DNA from: Bacillus subtilis subsp. subtilis str. 168
GTDB lineage: Bacteria > Bacillota > Bacilli > Bacillales > Bacillaceae
Reading direction: 5' to 3'
Length of the DNA: 32,000 nucleotides
NCBI RefSeq assembly: GCF_000009045.1
Contig: NC_000964.3
Location: 2,490,001-2,522,000, forward strand
The notes below the pieces were generated by a model that saw only the letters and a program-made list of their open reading frames with translations, ran no database searches and had not been told where the DNA came from. The translations under genes were made by a program, and so were the position numbers. Each line of letters opens with the position of its first letter. Position 1 is the stretch's first letter. Positions 9,090 through 20,805 of the stretch are shown here, in pieces.

Positions 9090-10082
9090 CTACTTCGCAT
9101 AAACATAATCAAGCGCTGACTCAGGAGCTGCATATGGGGCGTTCTCCGCTTCATCCGTCGCTTCATTTACGATTGCCATAATTTCATCCAGCATGGTTTG
9201 TTCTATCTCATCGGACAGCAGGCCTGTTTCCTTTAAGTAAGCTTGATAAGTAAGCAGGGGATCACTTTTTTTCGCTTCCTCTACTTCTTCACGGCCTCTG
9301 TAGCTGCTGTCATCGTCATCACTGGAATGTGGTGTAAGGCGGTAAGAAATCGTTTCAATTAATGTCGGGCCTTCTCCTCTGCGTGCCCTTTCGCGTGCTT
9401 CTTTAACCGCTTGATAAACTTCCAGCGGATCATTTCCATTCACAGTTACGCCAGGCATCCCATAGCCTATGGCACGGTCGGAAATGTTCTCACATGCGAC
9501 TTGCTTATCGTAAGGCACTGAGATTGCGTATTTGTTGTTTTCACACATGAAAATAACCGGCAGCTTATGGACAGCGGCAAAGTTTGCCCCTTCATGGAAA
9601 TCGCCTTGGTTTGAAGACCCTTCCCCGAATGTAACAAAGGCTGCGATATCCTTTTTCTCCATACGTCCCGCAAGCGCAATACCGACTGCGTGCGGCACTT
9701 GCGTTGTAACCGGAGATGATCCCGTCACAATGCGGTTTTTCTTTTGTCCGAAATGTCCCGGCATCTGGCGGCCTCCTGAGTTCGGATCTGCTGCTTTTGC
9801 AAACCCGGACATCATTAAGTCCTTTGCTGTCATGCCAAACGCGAGCACGACACCCATGTCTCTGTAGTACGGCAATACATAATCCATTTCACGGTCAAGT
9901 GCGAAAGCCGCTCCTACCTGTGCTGCTTCCTGTCCTTGACAAGAGATTACAAATGGAATTTTGCCAGAACGGTTTAACAGCCACATTCTTTCATCGATTT
10001 TTCTTGCTAACAGCATGGTTCTATACATATCAACGGCTTCCTGATCAGTCAGCCCTAGTGCTTGATGTCGGTTTGTACTCAT
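9090..10082 (-). CDS. bkdAA: Branched-chain alpha-keto acid dehydrogenase E1 alpha
   Basis: TPP-binding E1 alpha (GDG-type region GEGSSNQGDFHEGANFAA). Confidence 0.95.
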   Translation of the reverse strand: MSTNRHQALGLTDQEAVDMYRTMLLARKIDERMWLLNRSGKIPFVISCQGQEAAQVGAAFALDREMDYVLPYYRDMGVVLAFGMTAKDLMMSGFAKAADPNSGGRQMPGHFGQKKNRIVTGSSPVTTQVPHAVGIALAGRMEKKDIAAFVTFGEGSSNQGDFHEGANFAAVHKLPVIFMCENNKYAISVPYDKQVACENISDRAIGYGMPGVTVNGNDPLEVYQAVKEARERARRGEGPTLIETISYRLTPHSSDDDDSSYRGREEVEEAKKSDPLLTYQAYLKETGLLSDEIEQTMLDEIMAIVNEATDEAENAPYAAPESALDYVYAK

Positions 10083-10103
10083 TCAAGCCCCTCCTTTATG
10101 CTT

Positions 10104-11528
10104 TTAAAAATGAATGGCTTTGCCATCTGCGGCAAGCGCAGCTTCTCCAATTGCTTCAGAAAGCGTTGGATGCGGGTGAATCGTTTGCCCGACCTCCCAC
10201 GGTGTTGCGTCCAGCACTTTGGCAAGACCCGCTTCAGAAATCATGTCGGTGACATGCGGGCCAATCATATGAACGCCGAGAATATCATCTGTATCTCGGT
10301 CAGCCACGATTTTGACAAAACCGTCGCTTTCACCGTATACAAGCGCTTTTCCAATCGCCATAAATGGGAACTTGCCGATTTTGACATTATGCCCGTTCGC
10401 CTTTGCTTCGTCTTCGGTTAAGCCGACACTGGCAGCTTCAGGGCTTGAGTAAATGCACTTCGGCACAAGCGTCGGATCAAGCGGATGCGGATTGAGACCT
10501 GCAAAATGCTCAACAGCAATAATTCCCTCATGTGAAGCAACGTGAGCTAACTGCAGGCCACCGATTACGTCTCCGATTGCATAAATATGAGATTCCTTCG
10601 TTTGGCAGCTTTCATTGACTGAAATCATGCCATTTTCAGTAACAATATCGGTGTTCTCTAGGCCGATGCCTTCGATATTTGCCTGTCTGCCGATGGAAAC
10701 AAGCATTTTCTCAGCAGAATAGGTAACGGTTTCTCCGTCTTTTTCCGCTTGTATGCTGATATCGTCTGATGTTTTTGTCATTGTGTCAGGCAGCACTTTT
10801 GCCCCTGTTATGAACTGGATGCCTTTTTTCTTAAGAAGACTTTCCATTTCTTTTGAAATCTCTAGATCTTCAGTCGGCAATATGCGATCCGCGTATTCAA
10901 TAACCGTTACCTTAACGCCAAAATCATGAAGCATAGACGCCCATTCGATACCGATAACCCCTCCGCCGACAATGATGATTGACTGTGGCAGCTCCTCCAT
11001 TTGGAGCGCCTCATCTGAAGTCAGTACAGACTTACCGTCCACTTCAAGACCCGGAAGCATTCTCGGTCTTGATCCTGTTGCAATGATCACTTGTTTCGGG
11101 ATCAGCATGTCATTTTCTTCGCCATTTCCCCGCTCAACAGAAATTGTTCCCGGCAGCGGAGAGAAGATTGACGGTCCAAGGATACGTCCATATCCGGTGT
11201 ACACGTCAATTTTTCCTTTTTTCATTAAATGATTTACACCCGCTGCAAGCTTATCAACAACGGCTTGCTTACGCTGCTGCACTTTTTCAAAGTTGAGGGA
11301 CACGCCAGCCGTTTCCACTCCGAATTGATCGGCTTCACGAGCTGTCCGGTATACCTCTGCGCTTCTAAGCAGCGCTTTACTCGGGATACAGCCTTTATGC
11401 AGACATGTTCCCCCGAGTTTTTCCTTTTCCACAACGGCTGTTTTTAAGCCGAGCTGAGCGGCTCTGATGGCCGCAACATAACCGCCGGTACCGCCGCCCA
11501 GAATGACTACGTCATACTCAGTTGCCAT
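10104..11528 (-). CDS. lpdV: Dihydrolipoamide dehydrogenase E3 of the BCKDH complex
   Basis: FAD motif GGGTGGYVAAIRAAQLG and redox disulfide GGTCLHKGCIPSK. Confidence 0.96.
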   Translation of the reverse strand: MATEYDVVILGGGTGGYVAAIRAAQLGLKTAVVEKEKLGGTCLHKGCIPSKALLRSAEVYRTAREADQFGVETAGVSLNFEKVQQRKQAVVDKLAAGVNHLMKKGKIDVYTGYGRILGPSIFSPLPGTISVERGNGEENDMLIPKQVIIATGSRPRMLPGLEVDGKSVLTSDEALQMEELPQSIIIVGGGVIGIEWASMLHDFGVKVTVIEYADRILPTEDLEISKEMESLLKKKGIQFITGAKVLPDTMTKTSDDISIQAEKDGETVTYSAEKMLVSIGRQANIEGIGLENTDIVTENGMISVNESCQTKESHIYAIGDVIGGLQLAHVASHEGIIAVEHFAGLNPHPLDPTLVPKCIYSSPEAASVGLTEDEAKANGHNVKIGKFPFMAIGKALVYGESDGFVKIVADRDTDDILGVHMIGPHVTDMISEAGLAKVLDATPWEVGQTIHPHPTLSEAIGEAALAADGKAIHF

Positions 11529-11548
11529 GGTGACTCACTCCTGTCTGT

Positions 11549-12640
11549 CTATTCAATACGATATTGTTTGGATTGCTCTTCGCCCTGCAATACTCTTAGC
11601 GCCCCTTGGGCAAGAGACTGCAGTTCATTTTCACCCGGATAAACTAAAACGTCTGAAATCCAATCTATGTATGATCTGATAGCAGAAACAAAGCTTTTTC
11701 CGTACGCAAGGCCTCCCGTCAGCACAATCGCTTCAACTTCGCCTTTTAACGCCGCGCTGGCTGCCCCGATTTCCTTTGCTACCTGATATGCCATGGCATC
11801 ATAAATGAAGCGGGCTTTTTCATCGCCCCCTTGAATCATCTGTTCCACTTTTACTGCATCATTTGTACCGAGATAGCCTAAAAGTCCGCCGGTGCCAACA
11901 AGCTTTTTCATGATTTCTTCTTTTGTATATTCCCCTGAAAAACATAGATCAACAAGATCTCCCGCAGGCACTGTTCCTGCTCGTTCAGGACTGAATGGTC
12001 CCTCGCCGTGCAGGCCGTTATTGACATCCACCACTCGCCCGCGGTCATGGACGCCAATTGTAATACCTCCGCCCATATGGGTAATAATCATTTTCATGTT
12101 CTCATATCGTTTGCCAAGGGAGGCTGCCGCTTTACGAGCGACAGCTTTTTGGTTTAACGCATGGAAAATGCTTTTCCTTTCAATTTCAGGCATGCCTGAA
12201 ACTTTCGCAAGCACTGACATTTCGTCTACGACAACAGGGTCGACGATATACGAAGGGATATTCAGGCCGTCAGCGATTTCCCGCGCGATAATGCCGCCGA
12301 GATTAGAAGCATGCTGACCGGCGTAGCCGCTTTTCAAATCCTCAATCATCTCATCATTCACTACGTAGGTCCCGCCTTCAATTGGCCGGAGAAGGCCGCC
12401 TCTTGCGCAGACTGCATCAAACTTTGAAATATTGATTCCCTGTTCATGAAGCGTTTCGAGAATATGGTTTTTACGAAATTCATACTGATCAATAATTCGG
12501 TCAAATCGCTGCAGCTCTTCTATGTTGTGTCTCAATGTTTTTTCAAAAATGCTTCTTTCGTTATGAAAAACACCGATTTTCGTTGAAGTTGAGCCTGGAT
12601 TAATTGTGAGAATGCGTTTTTCGTCATGTAGCACTTTCAT
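11549..12640 (-). CDS. buk: Butyrate/branched-chain fatty acid kinase
   Basis: ASKHA acetokinase family: [42 protein letters not shown]. Confidence 0.95.
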
Positions 12641-12658
12641 AACCTCCAGATCAATTTC

Positions 12659-13753
12659 TTAACGTCTGCTTAATACACTGTGGCCGTTTTGCAAAAACTG
12701 GCTTCTTGAGCGGCGCATGCGTTCAATCCGTTCCTCTGCTAAGCGGTCAGCCGCTAAATATGCAGGAATGCCGTCACGCTGAGAAATCTCAAGTACACGC
12801 TCGATATTGCCGTAAATGCCTTCAACTTTTTTCAATGCACGTTCTGCATTATAGCCGTAAAGCTCATCTGCCACGTTGATGACACCGCCCGCGTTAATCA
12901 CGTAATCCGGTGCATAAACGATGCCCATTTCGTGAATTTGATCACCATGGCGTGTCTCTTTTAATTGGTTGTTAGCCGCACCTGCGATCACTTTCGCCTT
13001 CAGCTGTTTAATGGTGTCGTCGTTAATAGTCGCACCAAGGGCACACGGCGCATAAATATCGCAGTCTTGTGAATAAATGTCATCAGGATCTACCGCACGG
13101 GCGCCAAAATCTTCAACTGCACGCTGTACAGATTGTTTGTTGATATCCGTAACGATTAAGTTTGCTCCTTCTTCATGCAGGTGGCGGCAAAGGTTATAGG
13201 CTACGTTCCCAACACCCTGTACAGCAATGGTTTTTCCTTCAAGAGAGTCGGTTCCGAAAGCAGCTTTAGCTGCTGCCTTCATTCCTCTGTACACCCCGTA
13301 CGCTGTGACTGGGGACGGATTTCCAGAAGAGCCGAAAGCAGGAGAAATCCCTGTGACATAGTCTGTCTCATCATGAATGATATCCATATCCTCGACCGTT
13401 GTGCCCACATCTTCAGCCGTGATGTATCTGCCATTCAGTCCTTGAATATAGCGGCCAAACGCGCGGAACATTTCCTCATTTTTGTCTTTGCGCGGATCGC
13501 CGATAATGACTGTTTTTCCGCCGCCAAGGTTTAAGCCTGCCGCCGCGTTCTTATAGGTCATGCCTCTTGCCAATCTGAGCGCATCTTCAATTGCCGCTTC
13601 TTCATTTTCATATGTCCACATTCTCGTTCCGCCAAGCGCCGGACCAAGCGTTGTATCATGAATGGCGATAATCGCTTTTAATCCAGATTGTTCATCCTGG
13701 CAGAATACCAATTGTTCGTAATCGTATTTCTCCATATATTTAAAAAGTTCCAT
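12659..13753 (-). CDS. bcd: Leucine/branched-chain amino acid dehydrogenase
   Basis: Glu/Leu/Phe/Val dehydrogenase family: [37 protein letters not shown]. Confidence 0.96.
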   Translation of the reverse strand: MELFKYMEKYDYEQLVFCQDEQSGLKAIIAIHDTTLGPALGGTRMWTYENEEAAIEDALRLARGMTYKNAAAGLNLGGGKTVIIGDPRKDKNEEMFRAFGRYIQGLNGRYITAEDVGTTVEDMDIIHDETDYVTGISPAFGSSGNPSPVTAYGVYRGMKAAAKAAFGTDSLEGKTIAVQGVGNVAYNLCRHLHEEGANLIVTDINKQSVQRAVEDFGARAVDPDDIYSQDCDIYAPCALGATINDDTIKQLKAKVIAGAANNQLKETRHGDQIHEMGIVYAPDYVINAGGVINVADELYGYNAERALKKVEGIYGNIERVLEISQRDGIPAYLAADRLAEERIERMRRSRSQFLQNGHSVLSRR

Positions 13754-13764
13754 GTTCGTTCCTC

Positions 13765-14664
13765 CTAATGTGTGTATTCTTCAGATGCGCATATTGCCAG
13801 CGCAATGGAATACAGTTTATTTTCAGCAGAGTCCGCTCTGCTTGTTAAAGCAATCGGTGCTTTTGCTCCTGTAATGACAGCCGCCACGCTGGCCTTGGCA
13901 AAATAAATCAGTGATTTATATAAAATATTGCCGGCCTCAATTGTTGGGACGAGAAGGATATCTGCGTTGCCCGCTACGTCTCCCGAAATTTTTTTCTGGG
14001 CCGCGGCAATTTGTGAAACTGCGTTATCCAAAGCAAGCGGTCCATCAACAATGCAGCCTTTGATCTGGCCCCTTTTGTACATTTGAGCTAGAGCAGCTGC
14101 ATTCACGGTCGCTTCCATTTTAGGGTTCACCGTTTCGACCGCTGCAAGGGCAGCTGCTTTTGGCATATTGTTCCCCACTGCATGGGCCACATGAACGGCA
14201 TTTTGCAAAATCTGCCGGAGCTCTTCCAGCGAAGGAGCAATATTCATTGCCGAATCTGTCACAAACATCAGCCGGTCAAAATCCGGTATATCGAAGACAG
14301 CCACGTGAGAAAGGACACTTGCTGACCGAAGCCCCTCCTGTCTGTTCAATACCGCTTTAAGCAAAACAGAAGTCGGCACATTGCCTTTCATTAAAACGTC
14401 CGCTGTTTTATGATGCACAGCACGAACCGCTAATTTCGCCGATTCCTCAGGAGTATTGGCATGGACGATTTCCACTTGATGCCCTTGCATGGATGATGTC
14501 AGCTCGTTCAGTTTTTTGCTGTCGCCCGTTAACAAGAAACGGGCGGATAGGTGCTCGGCTGCCAGCTTTACAGCCCGGATCACTTCCTCATCCTCAGCAT
14601 GAGCAACCGCAATGGTCTTATTTTTGTGTATCGACGCTTTGCCGATTAAATCTTTCAGCTTCAT
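13765..14664 (-). CDS. ptb: Phosphate butyryltransferase
   Basis: Phosphotransacetylase/butyrylase family; first gene of the bkd operon. Confidence 0.94.
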   Translation of the reverse strand: MKLKDLIGKASIHKNKTIAVAHAEDEEVIRAVKLAAEHLSARFLLTGDSKKLNELTSSMQGHQVEIVHANTPEESAKLAVRAVHHKTADVLMKGNVPTSVLLKAVLNRQEGLRSASVLSHVAVFDIPDFDRLMFVTDSAMNIAPSLEELRQILQNAVHVAHAVGNNMPKAAALAAVETVNPKMEATVNAAALAQMYKRGQIKGCIVDGPLALDNAVSQIAAAQKKISGDVAGNADILLVPTIEAGNILYKSLIYFAKASVAAVITGAKAPIALTSRADSAENKLYSIALAICASEEYTH

Positions 14665-14703
14665 CTGTTACCACCTTTCTTGTTTCGACTCCGCCTTTTA
14701 TTA

Positions 14704-14719
14704 TGCAAGTTCCATGCCA
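14704..14719 (-). promoter_or_regulatory. Sigma-54 (SigL) -24/-12 promoter upstream of ptb
   Basis: Minus strand TGGCATGGAACTTGCA matches TGGCAC-N5-TTGCW; 40 bp upstream of ptb start and downstream of the gene for a sigma-54 activator. Confidence 0.88.
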
Positions 14720-14782
14720 GCTCTTAAGGGTGCTGTCATACCAGGTATACCGAAACATTCGTGCAGATGTTTGCGTTTATTC

Positions 14783-14796
14783 TGCAAATTATTGCA
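14783..14796. promoter_or_regulatory. Candidate BkdR upstream activating site (TGCAAATTATTGCA)
   Basis: 14-mer with TGCAA/TTGCA arms about 78 bp upstream of the -24/-12 element; identical copy in bkdR promoter region. Confidence 0.6.
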
Positions 14797-16867
14797 TGCC
14801 TTCATTTGCAAGGCCATATTTATCCATTTTGTAATATAAATTCCGAATGCTGACACCGAGAGCTTTTGCTGTTTTTGTCCGGTTAAAATGATGCTTTTCA
14901 AGCGTTTGCTGGATCAAATGCGCTTCAAATTTTTCTACTGCGACAGACAGCTTTTCGCCTTCAATATCCGGAAAATCAAAACCTGTTCCCTGATCTGTGT
15001 CATTTTCTTTTTGCTCAAGTTCGAATACAGGCAAGTGATCTTTTTCAATCCATTCCATATGCGGATTCAGAAAAATCATGGCTCGTCCAAGGACATTTTC
15101 AAGCTCCCGGACATTCCCAGGCCAATGGTAGGCAGATAAGGCGCGCAAGGCTTGCTGTGAGAGCCCTTTTACATTCCTGCCGTAATCCCGGTTGATCTTT
15201 TGGATAAGTCTGACGCTCAATGCTTCAATGTCCTCCAACCGCTGCCGCAAAGGCGGGATGGAGATCGGATAGCGATTGATCCGGTAATACAGGTCTTCCC
15301 GGAATGTTCCGTCCGCCATCGCCTTTTCAATATTTACATTTGTCGCCGCGATCACTCTGACGTTGACAGGGATCGCTTTCGTGCCGCCCACTCTGACGAT
15401 TTCCTTTTCTTGAAGGACGCGTAGCAATTTGGCCTGCATATTTTGTGTCAGCTCACCGATTTCATCTAAGAAAATACTGCCGTTATTTGCTTCCTCAAAT
15501 AAACCCTTTTTACCGCCGCGCTTCGCTCCTGAAAACGCACCATCCTCATAGCCGAACAATTCTGATTCGAGCAGGTTTTCAGAAAGGGCTGCACAATTCA
15601 CGCGAATAAATTTATTGTATTTCCGGTCACTTTCGTTATGGATGGCATGGGCGAACAGTTCTTTTCCTGTTCCTGATTCCCCGCGCAGCAAGATGGTTGC
15701 CGGTGTTTTCGCACCGAGCTTCGCCTGCTCAAGCGCAACCAGCATTTGCTCGCTTTTGCCGATAATGTCGTCAAACGTGTATTTCGCTTCAAGCGTGCGA
15801 ATAATTTGTCTGGCGCGATTAAGCTCCGCTGTCAGCATTTTAATTTCGGAAACATCGTGAATCACGCCGACGCTGCCTTTCAAAATCCCGTCCACAATCA
15901 CCGGTGCTACATTAACGATCACTTCTTTTTCATTCGGGCCGACCTTCATTCTGACACCGCGGACAGGACGTCTTGTTTCAAGCACCTTTAAATGCATGCT
16001 TTCGCCTTCGGAAATATCAGTGTTTGCAGGCTTGCCGATGACTTCTTTTTCAGAAAGCCCCGTCATTTTCGTATACGCTTTATTGATTAGCAGGCCGATG
16101 CCGTTTTCATCAACGACAGAAATCGCCTCATCGGAGGATTGAATAATTGCCTCCAGCATCGTACGGACCTGCTTTAAGTTGGTCACTTCCTCTGCCAGCT
16201 CGACCGCATCAGTGATATCTTTAAACACACAAAGAGCCCCGAGCAGACGTCCGCCTTCATCAATAATCGGCAGTCTTGTGGTCACAATTTGCAAATGATC
16301 GCCTAACAGCTGCTTCTGGTTGTATTCAGGCACTCTTGTTTTTAAAATCCGCGGCATCTTAGTGCTCGGAATCACTTCTTTTATTGGGCGCCCAATGACT
16401 TCCTCACGTTTTTTTCCGACCATTTTTTCGGCCATATGGTTAAAGAGAATGATTTCTTCATTGATATCAATAAAAATCATTCCATCATGGGTGGAATTAA
16501 AAATTCTGTCATATTTATAGGTTTGCTCTTTTAGCATTTGAATCAGGTGCTGCTTTTCTTCCATCAGCTGAAAAACGATGTATGCCATTTTTCCCGGCAT
16601 GACAATGGTATCTTCATGCTTTCTTTGAAGGAGCTCGTCAAACACGGCTTGATCGCCGGTAGTATGAATGACGATATCCGGTTTTTGTTGTATGTAAGGT
16701 TTCCAATCAGATGATACGGCAATCCCATACTGTTCTGCTTCTTTCAATCCCGGCGCCTCGGGGTCTTTGTCAACTACGGCAATGATATCTATGATGGCTG
16801 TTTTAATCAGAATATGTAATAACGCCGTTCCCCTTTTGCCGGCACCTACTATCAGTACCTTTTGCAT
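14789..16867 (-). CDS. bkdR: Sigma-54-dependent transcriptional activator BkdR, 692 aa
   Basis: N-terminal Rossmann-like GAGKRG segment, two PAS-like regions, AAA+ domain ([20 protein letters not shown]) and C-terminal Fis HTH ([18 protein letters not shown]). Confidence 0.95.
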
Positions 16868-16890
16868 CCCGATACCCCTTTGTATGAAAA

Positions 16891-16930
16891 AATTTGCACA
16901 CCTATTTATTCCGTTGCAATAATTTGCACA
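16891..16930 (-). promoter_or_regulatory. bkdR promoter region with two AATTTGCACA direct repeats
   Basis: AATTTGCACA at 16891-16900 and 16921-16930, spaced 30 bp; possible promoter TTGTGC-N17-TAAATA on the minus strand. Confidence 0.5.
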
Positions 16931-17019
16931 ACCCTATGTTACCACGTTTTCTTCTCTTGACAAAATATTTTTTCCGCTGGACAATAAAGGAAATGAAAAG
17001 ATAAAGGGGTTTTCTGAAG

Positions 17020-17256
17020 ATGAGCCGACTTCTTGCGCTTTTAATATTAGTCATCCCCGGGGCTATTTCTGCTTTAGGCATTAAACTGATGAGAGATACA
17101 CTTTTCGGCCATACAATCAAGCCATTTTCAGCTCTTTGGCTCCAAGGGTTGTCAGGATTCATCTTTTTTGCGATCGGCCTCTATGTGCTGGCCGGGTTCA
17201 TTTTATACAGAGACAGAAAACGCAATCAAGTCAGCCCGCGATTCAGAAAACGATAG
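17020..17256 (+). CDS. yqzF: Small membrane protein YqzF, 78 aa
   Basis: Hydrophobic two-TM protein (MSRLLALLILVIPGAISALGIKLMRD...); AAAGGGG upstream. Confidence 0.88.
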   Translation: MSRLLALLILVIPGAISALGIKLMRDTLFGHTIKPFSALWLQGLSGFIFFAIGLYVLAGFILYRDRKRNQVSPRFRKR

Positions 17257-17260
17257 CTGA

Positions 17261-17290
17261 AAAAAAGCCGGAGAATGCTCCGGCTTTTTT
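17261..17290. terminator. Bidirectional terminator between yqzF and yqiQ
   Basis: AAAAAAGCCGGAG-AATG-CTCCGGCTTTTTT. Confidence 0.93.
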
Positions 17291-17297
17291 TGTTGCA

Positions 17298-18203
17298 TTA
17301 TTCGTCAGGCAAAACGGTCTTGGCAATCGTTTTGTCTAACGCTTCATAGTCATAATAAGAAATCGTATCGTACAGTTCTTTTCGTGTCTGCATATCATGA
17401 AGTCCTTCTTTTTGTGAGCCGTGCTCCTTCATCAAACCAAACATCCGCTCACAAGCTTTTGCCGCCGCTCGAAGCGAGGTGACAGGATATATCACCATGT
17501 GAAACCCCATATCTTCGAATTCATCGGCACGATAATATGGCGTTTTCCCAAATTCAGTCATATTCGCAAGGAGCGGAACGGGGATACGCTCAGCAAACTG
17601 GCGGAATTCATTCTCCGCCTGTAGCGCTTCCGGGAAAATTGCGTCCGCTCCCGCCTCAATGTAAGCCTCTGAACGTTTTATTGCGGCATCAAGCCCTTCC
17701 TGCGCCCTGGCATCAGTACGGGCAACAACAATAAGGGAGGGTGCCGCTTGTTTAATGGCTTTTATTTTTTGCGCCATTTCCTTTATCGGAACTAGCTGTT
17801 TGCCATTTAAATGTCCGCATTTTTTTGGGAGCTGCTGGTCTTCCATTTGAACGGCTGCTACCCTGGCTTCAAGCATCTCCCGGGCTGTTCGGGCGGCATT
17901 TAAGACACCGCCAAATCCCGTATCGATATCCACAAGCAAAGGCAGATCAGCTGCACGCACAAGATCTTTGGCCCGTTCAGCTATCTCTGCCGATGTGATG
18001 ATCCCTAAATCAGGCAGCCCCCTGCTGGCTGTATAGGCAGCACCGGACAAATAAATAGCAGAAAAACCGGCTTCTTTCGCAAGCAAAGCGGCCATCCCGT
18101 CATGGGCGCCGGGAATTTGAAGAATGTCCGGTGCTGACATCAGCTTGCGGAAACGCCCGGCAAGCTCCTCTTGTGACGATTGCTTATTGACGATCCACGA
18201 CAT
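17298..18203 (-). CDS. yqiQ: 2-methylisocitrate lyase (PrpB/MmgF)
   Basis: Isocitrate lyase/PEP mutase family sequence (GAHDGMAALLAKEAGFSAIYLSGA, MEDQQLPKKCGH). Confidence 0.93.
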   Translation of the reverse strand: MSWIVNKQSSQEELAGRFRKLMSAPDILQIPGAHDGMAALLAKEAGFSAIYLSGAAYTASRGLPDLGIITSAEIAERAKDLVRAADLPLLVDIDTGFGGVLNAARTAREMLEARVAAVQMEDQQLPKKCGHLNGKQLVPIKEMAQKIKAIKQAAPSLIVVARTDARAQEGLDAAIKRSEAYIEAGADAIFPEALQAENEFRQFAERIPVPLLANMTEFGKTPYYRADEFEDMGFHMVIYPVTSLRAAAKACERMFGLMKEHGSQKEGLHDMQTRKELYDTISYYDYEALDKTIAKTVLPDE

Positions 18204-18220
18204 GAAACAAAATCCCCCTT

Positions 18221-19639
18221 TTACATGCAGAACATGTCTACGAATTCATTTACGCGCATCGTTTGTAATGTCTCATAGCTGGTACAGCGCTCATAAATGT
18301 GTTTGTGCTGTTTATCAGGAAAATGGGTTTTGAGATTGTCAGAAAACTTTTCCAGCAGTTTCGGCACTGCTTCCTCTCTTCGAAAACGATGGCCGAGGGG
18401 AAACTCACATTCCACCATTTCCGTGCTCGTTCCATCTTTAAAATGAACCTGAACGGCATTTGAGATGGAGCGTTTATCAGGCTTCAAATAATCCTCGGTA
18501 TATGTTTTATTTTCAGTCACTTCCATTTTATCACGAAGTTTATCTATTCTCGGATCATTCGCTGTTTCAGCTTCATAATGCTGTGCGGTGATATCACCAA
18601 AAAGCAAACCGATTGCTGTAATGTATTGGAGGCAGTGATCACGGTCTGCCGGATTGTGGAGCGGGCCTTTTTTATCAATGATTCGGATAGCTGATTCATG
18701 CGTTCTGATGACAACTCGGTCAATCTCGTCAATCCGGTTCTTTACCTGCGGGTGAAGAATGACGGCGGACTCCGCCGCTGTCTGGGCGTGAAATTCCGCA
18801 GGATAAGACACTTTAAATAACACATTTTCCATGACATAAGCGTCGAGCGGACGGGCAAGCTTGATCTCTTTCTTATTGAATAAAACGTCTTGGAACCCCC
18901 AACCCGGTGCACTCAAGGCTGTCGGATAACCCATTTCCCCTTTTAACGACATCAGCGCCAAATGAACACCTCTGCTCGTTGCATCTCCTGCCGCCCATGA
19001 TTTACGCGAGCCTGTATTCGGTGAATGGCGGTATGTCCTCAATGCTGCATTGTCAATCCATGCATTCGAAAGCGCATTTTTGATTTCTTCTCTTCCGCCG
19101 CCCAAAAGCTTTGCTGCAACAGCAGTTGTCGCAACTTTGACAAACAGCACATGGTCAAGGCCAACTCGATTTAAGCTGTTTTCTAACGCCAGCACACCTT
19201 GGATCTCGTGTGCTTTGATCATCATCTCAAGTACGTCGCGTACCGTTAACGGCTCTTTTCCTTCAGACAGCCTCACTCTTGATACATAATCAGCAGCGGC
19301 AAGGATTCCTCCCAAGTTATCGGATGGATGCCCCCACTCCGCCGCCAGCCACGTATCGTTGTAATCGAGCCAGCGAATCATGCAGCCAATATTAAACGCT
19401 GCCCTCACAGGATCGAGAACATATGACGTTCCCGGCACTTTGCTTCCATTCGGCACAGTCGTTCCTGGAACAATCGGGCCAAGCAGCTTTGTGCATTCCG
19501 GATACCGTAGCGCCAAGATTCCGCAGCCCAGGGTATCCAGCAATACATGCCCCGCTGTTGTATACGCTTCGGCACTAGTAATCTCTTTCTCAAGCACATA
19601 GTCTGTGATTTCTTCGATAACACGATCCGTTTTCGGCAT
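18221..19639 (-). CDS. mmgE: 2-methylcitrate dehydratase, 472 aa
   Basis: MmgE/PrpD family; ATG at 19639 ([10 protein letters not shown]) preceded by AAAGGAG; the track start at 19657 encodes the SD itself. Confidence 0.94.
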
Positions 19640-19653
19640 TCTACCAGCTCCTT

Positions 19654-20772
19654 TCATGATTTTGTTTGATATCGCGGGCCCATGTAACTGACACGGGGAC
19701 GGAAGAGCCGATTATTGGCATGCTGTTCGATCACATGGGCGCATAAACCGGACGTTCTCGCGCTGAAAAAGATCGGCGTATATAAAGGAATCGGTATGCC
19801 GAGCATCCAATACACTGGGGCAGCATAGTAATCCAAATTCGGGTAAAGCCCTTTTTCCTTCTCCATCAGCCGCTCACCCGCTTCGCACATCTCATATAAA
19901 CGATGGTCACCGGCTTTATCGCATAATTGCTGCAGCGCCTCTTTCATCATGAGTGCTCTCGGGTCCATTTTTTTCATATACACCCGGTGGCCGAAGCCCA
20001 TGATTTTTTCTTTTCTTTTCAGTTTTGTTTGCAAAAGCTGCTCAAAATCAGATGTCGTTTTTGCCTCCAAAAGCAAATACATCACAGCTTCGTTTGCTCC
20101 TCCGTGAAGATTCCCTTTCAGGGAAGCGACAGCCCCAGTCAAAGCCCCATAAAGATCTGAATGTGTAGATGCAATGACCCTGGCCGCAAAGGTTGAATTC
20201 GGCATCTCATGCTCACTGTACAGGACGAGCGACCGGTCAAAAATCTGTTCTTCCAATGAAGACGGCAATTTCCCTGTCATCATGTAGAGAAAATTCGCAC
20301 TGTAGGATAGGGTTTGAAGCGGAAGAATCGGTTCTTTCTTATTAATGATCCTGTAGCTGGCAGCAGTGAGGGCAGGCATTTTCCCAAGAAGCTGATAGGC
20401 GCGTTCTTTGTTTGCGGAAGGAGACCGATCATCAATTTGCCGATCATAGCCAGCAAGTGCCGACAGGCCGGTACGCAGACCATCCATTGGATGAGTGTCC
20501 TCAGGGAGCAGCTCAAGCAGACGGAGATGATCAGCAGGCAGGCTTGAGGCACTGTTTATTTTACGTTCCAGCGTTTCCATTTCACTTTCTTCTGGCAGCC
20601 TGCCCTCCAGCAATAAATGGACAAGCTCCAGATAGCTTTTTGTTTCAGAAAGTTCTATTAAATCATAGCCTCTTATCAAAATCTGGCTGGACTGCGTGTC
20701 AAGATAAGAAATATGAGTTTCTGCCGCAATCACACCGTCCAACCCTGGAGAATAATGCTGTTTCTCCTCCAT
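19654..20772 (-). CDS. mmgD: Citrate/2-methylcitrate synthase
   Basis: Citrate synthase family: [25 protein letters not shown]. Confidence 0.94.
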
Positions 20773-20805
20773 ATCCTCAACCTCCGTTTTTGCGTTTTTT
20801 GTCTA

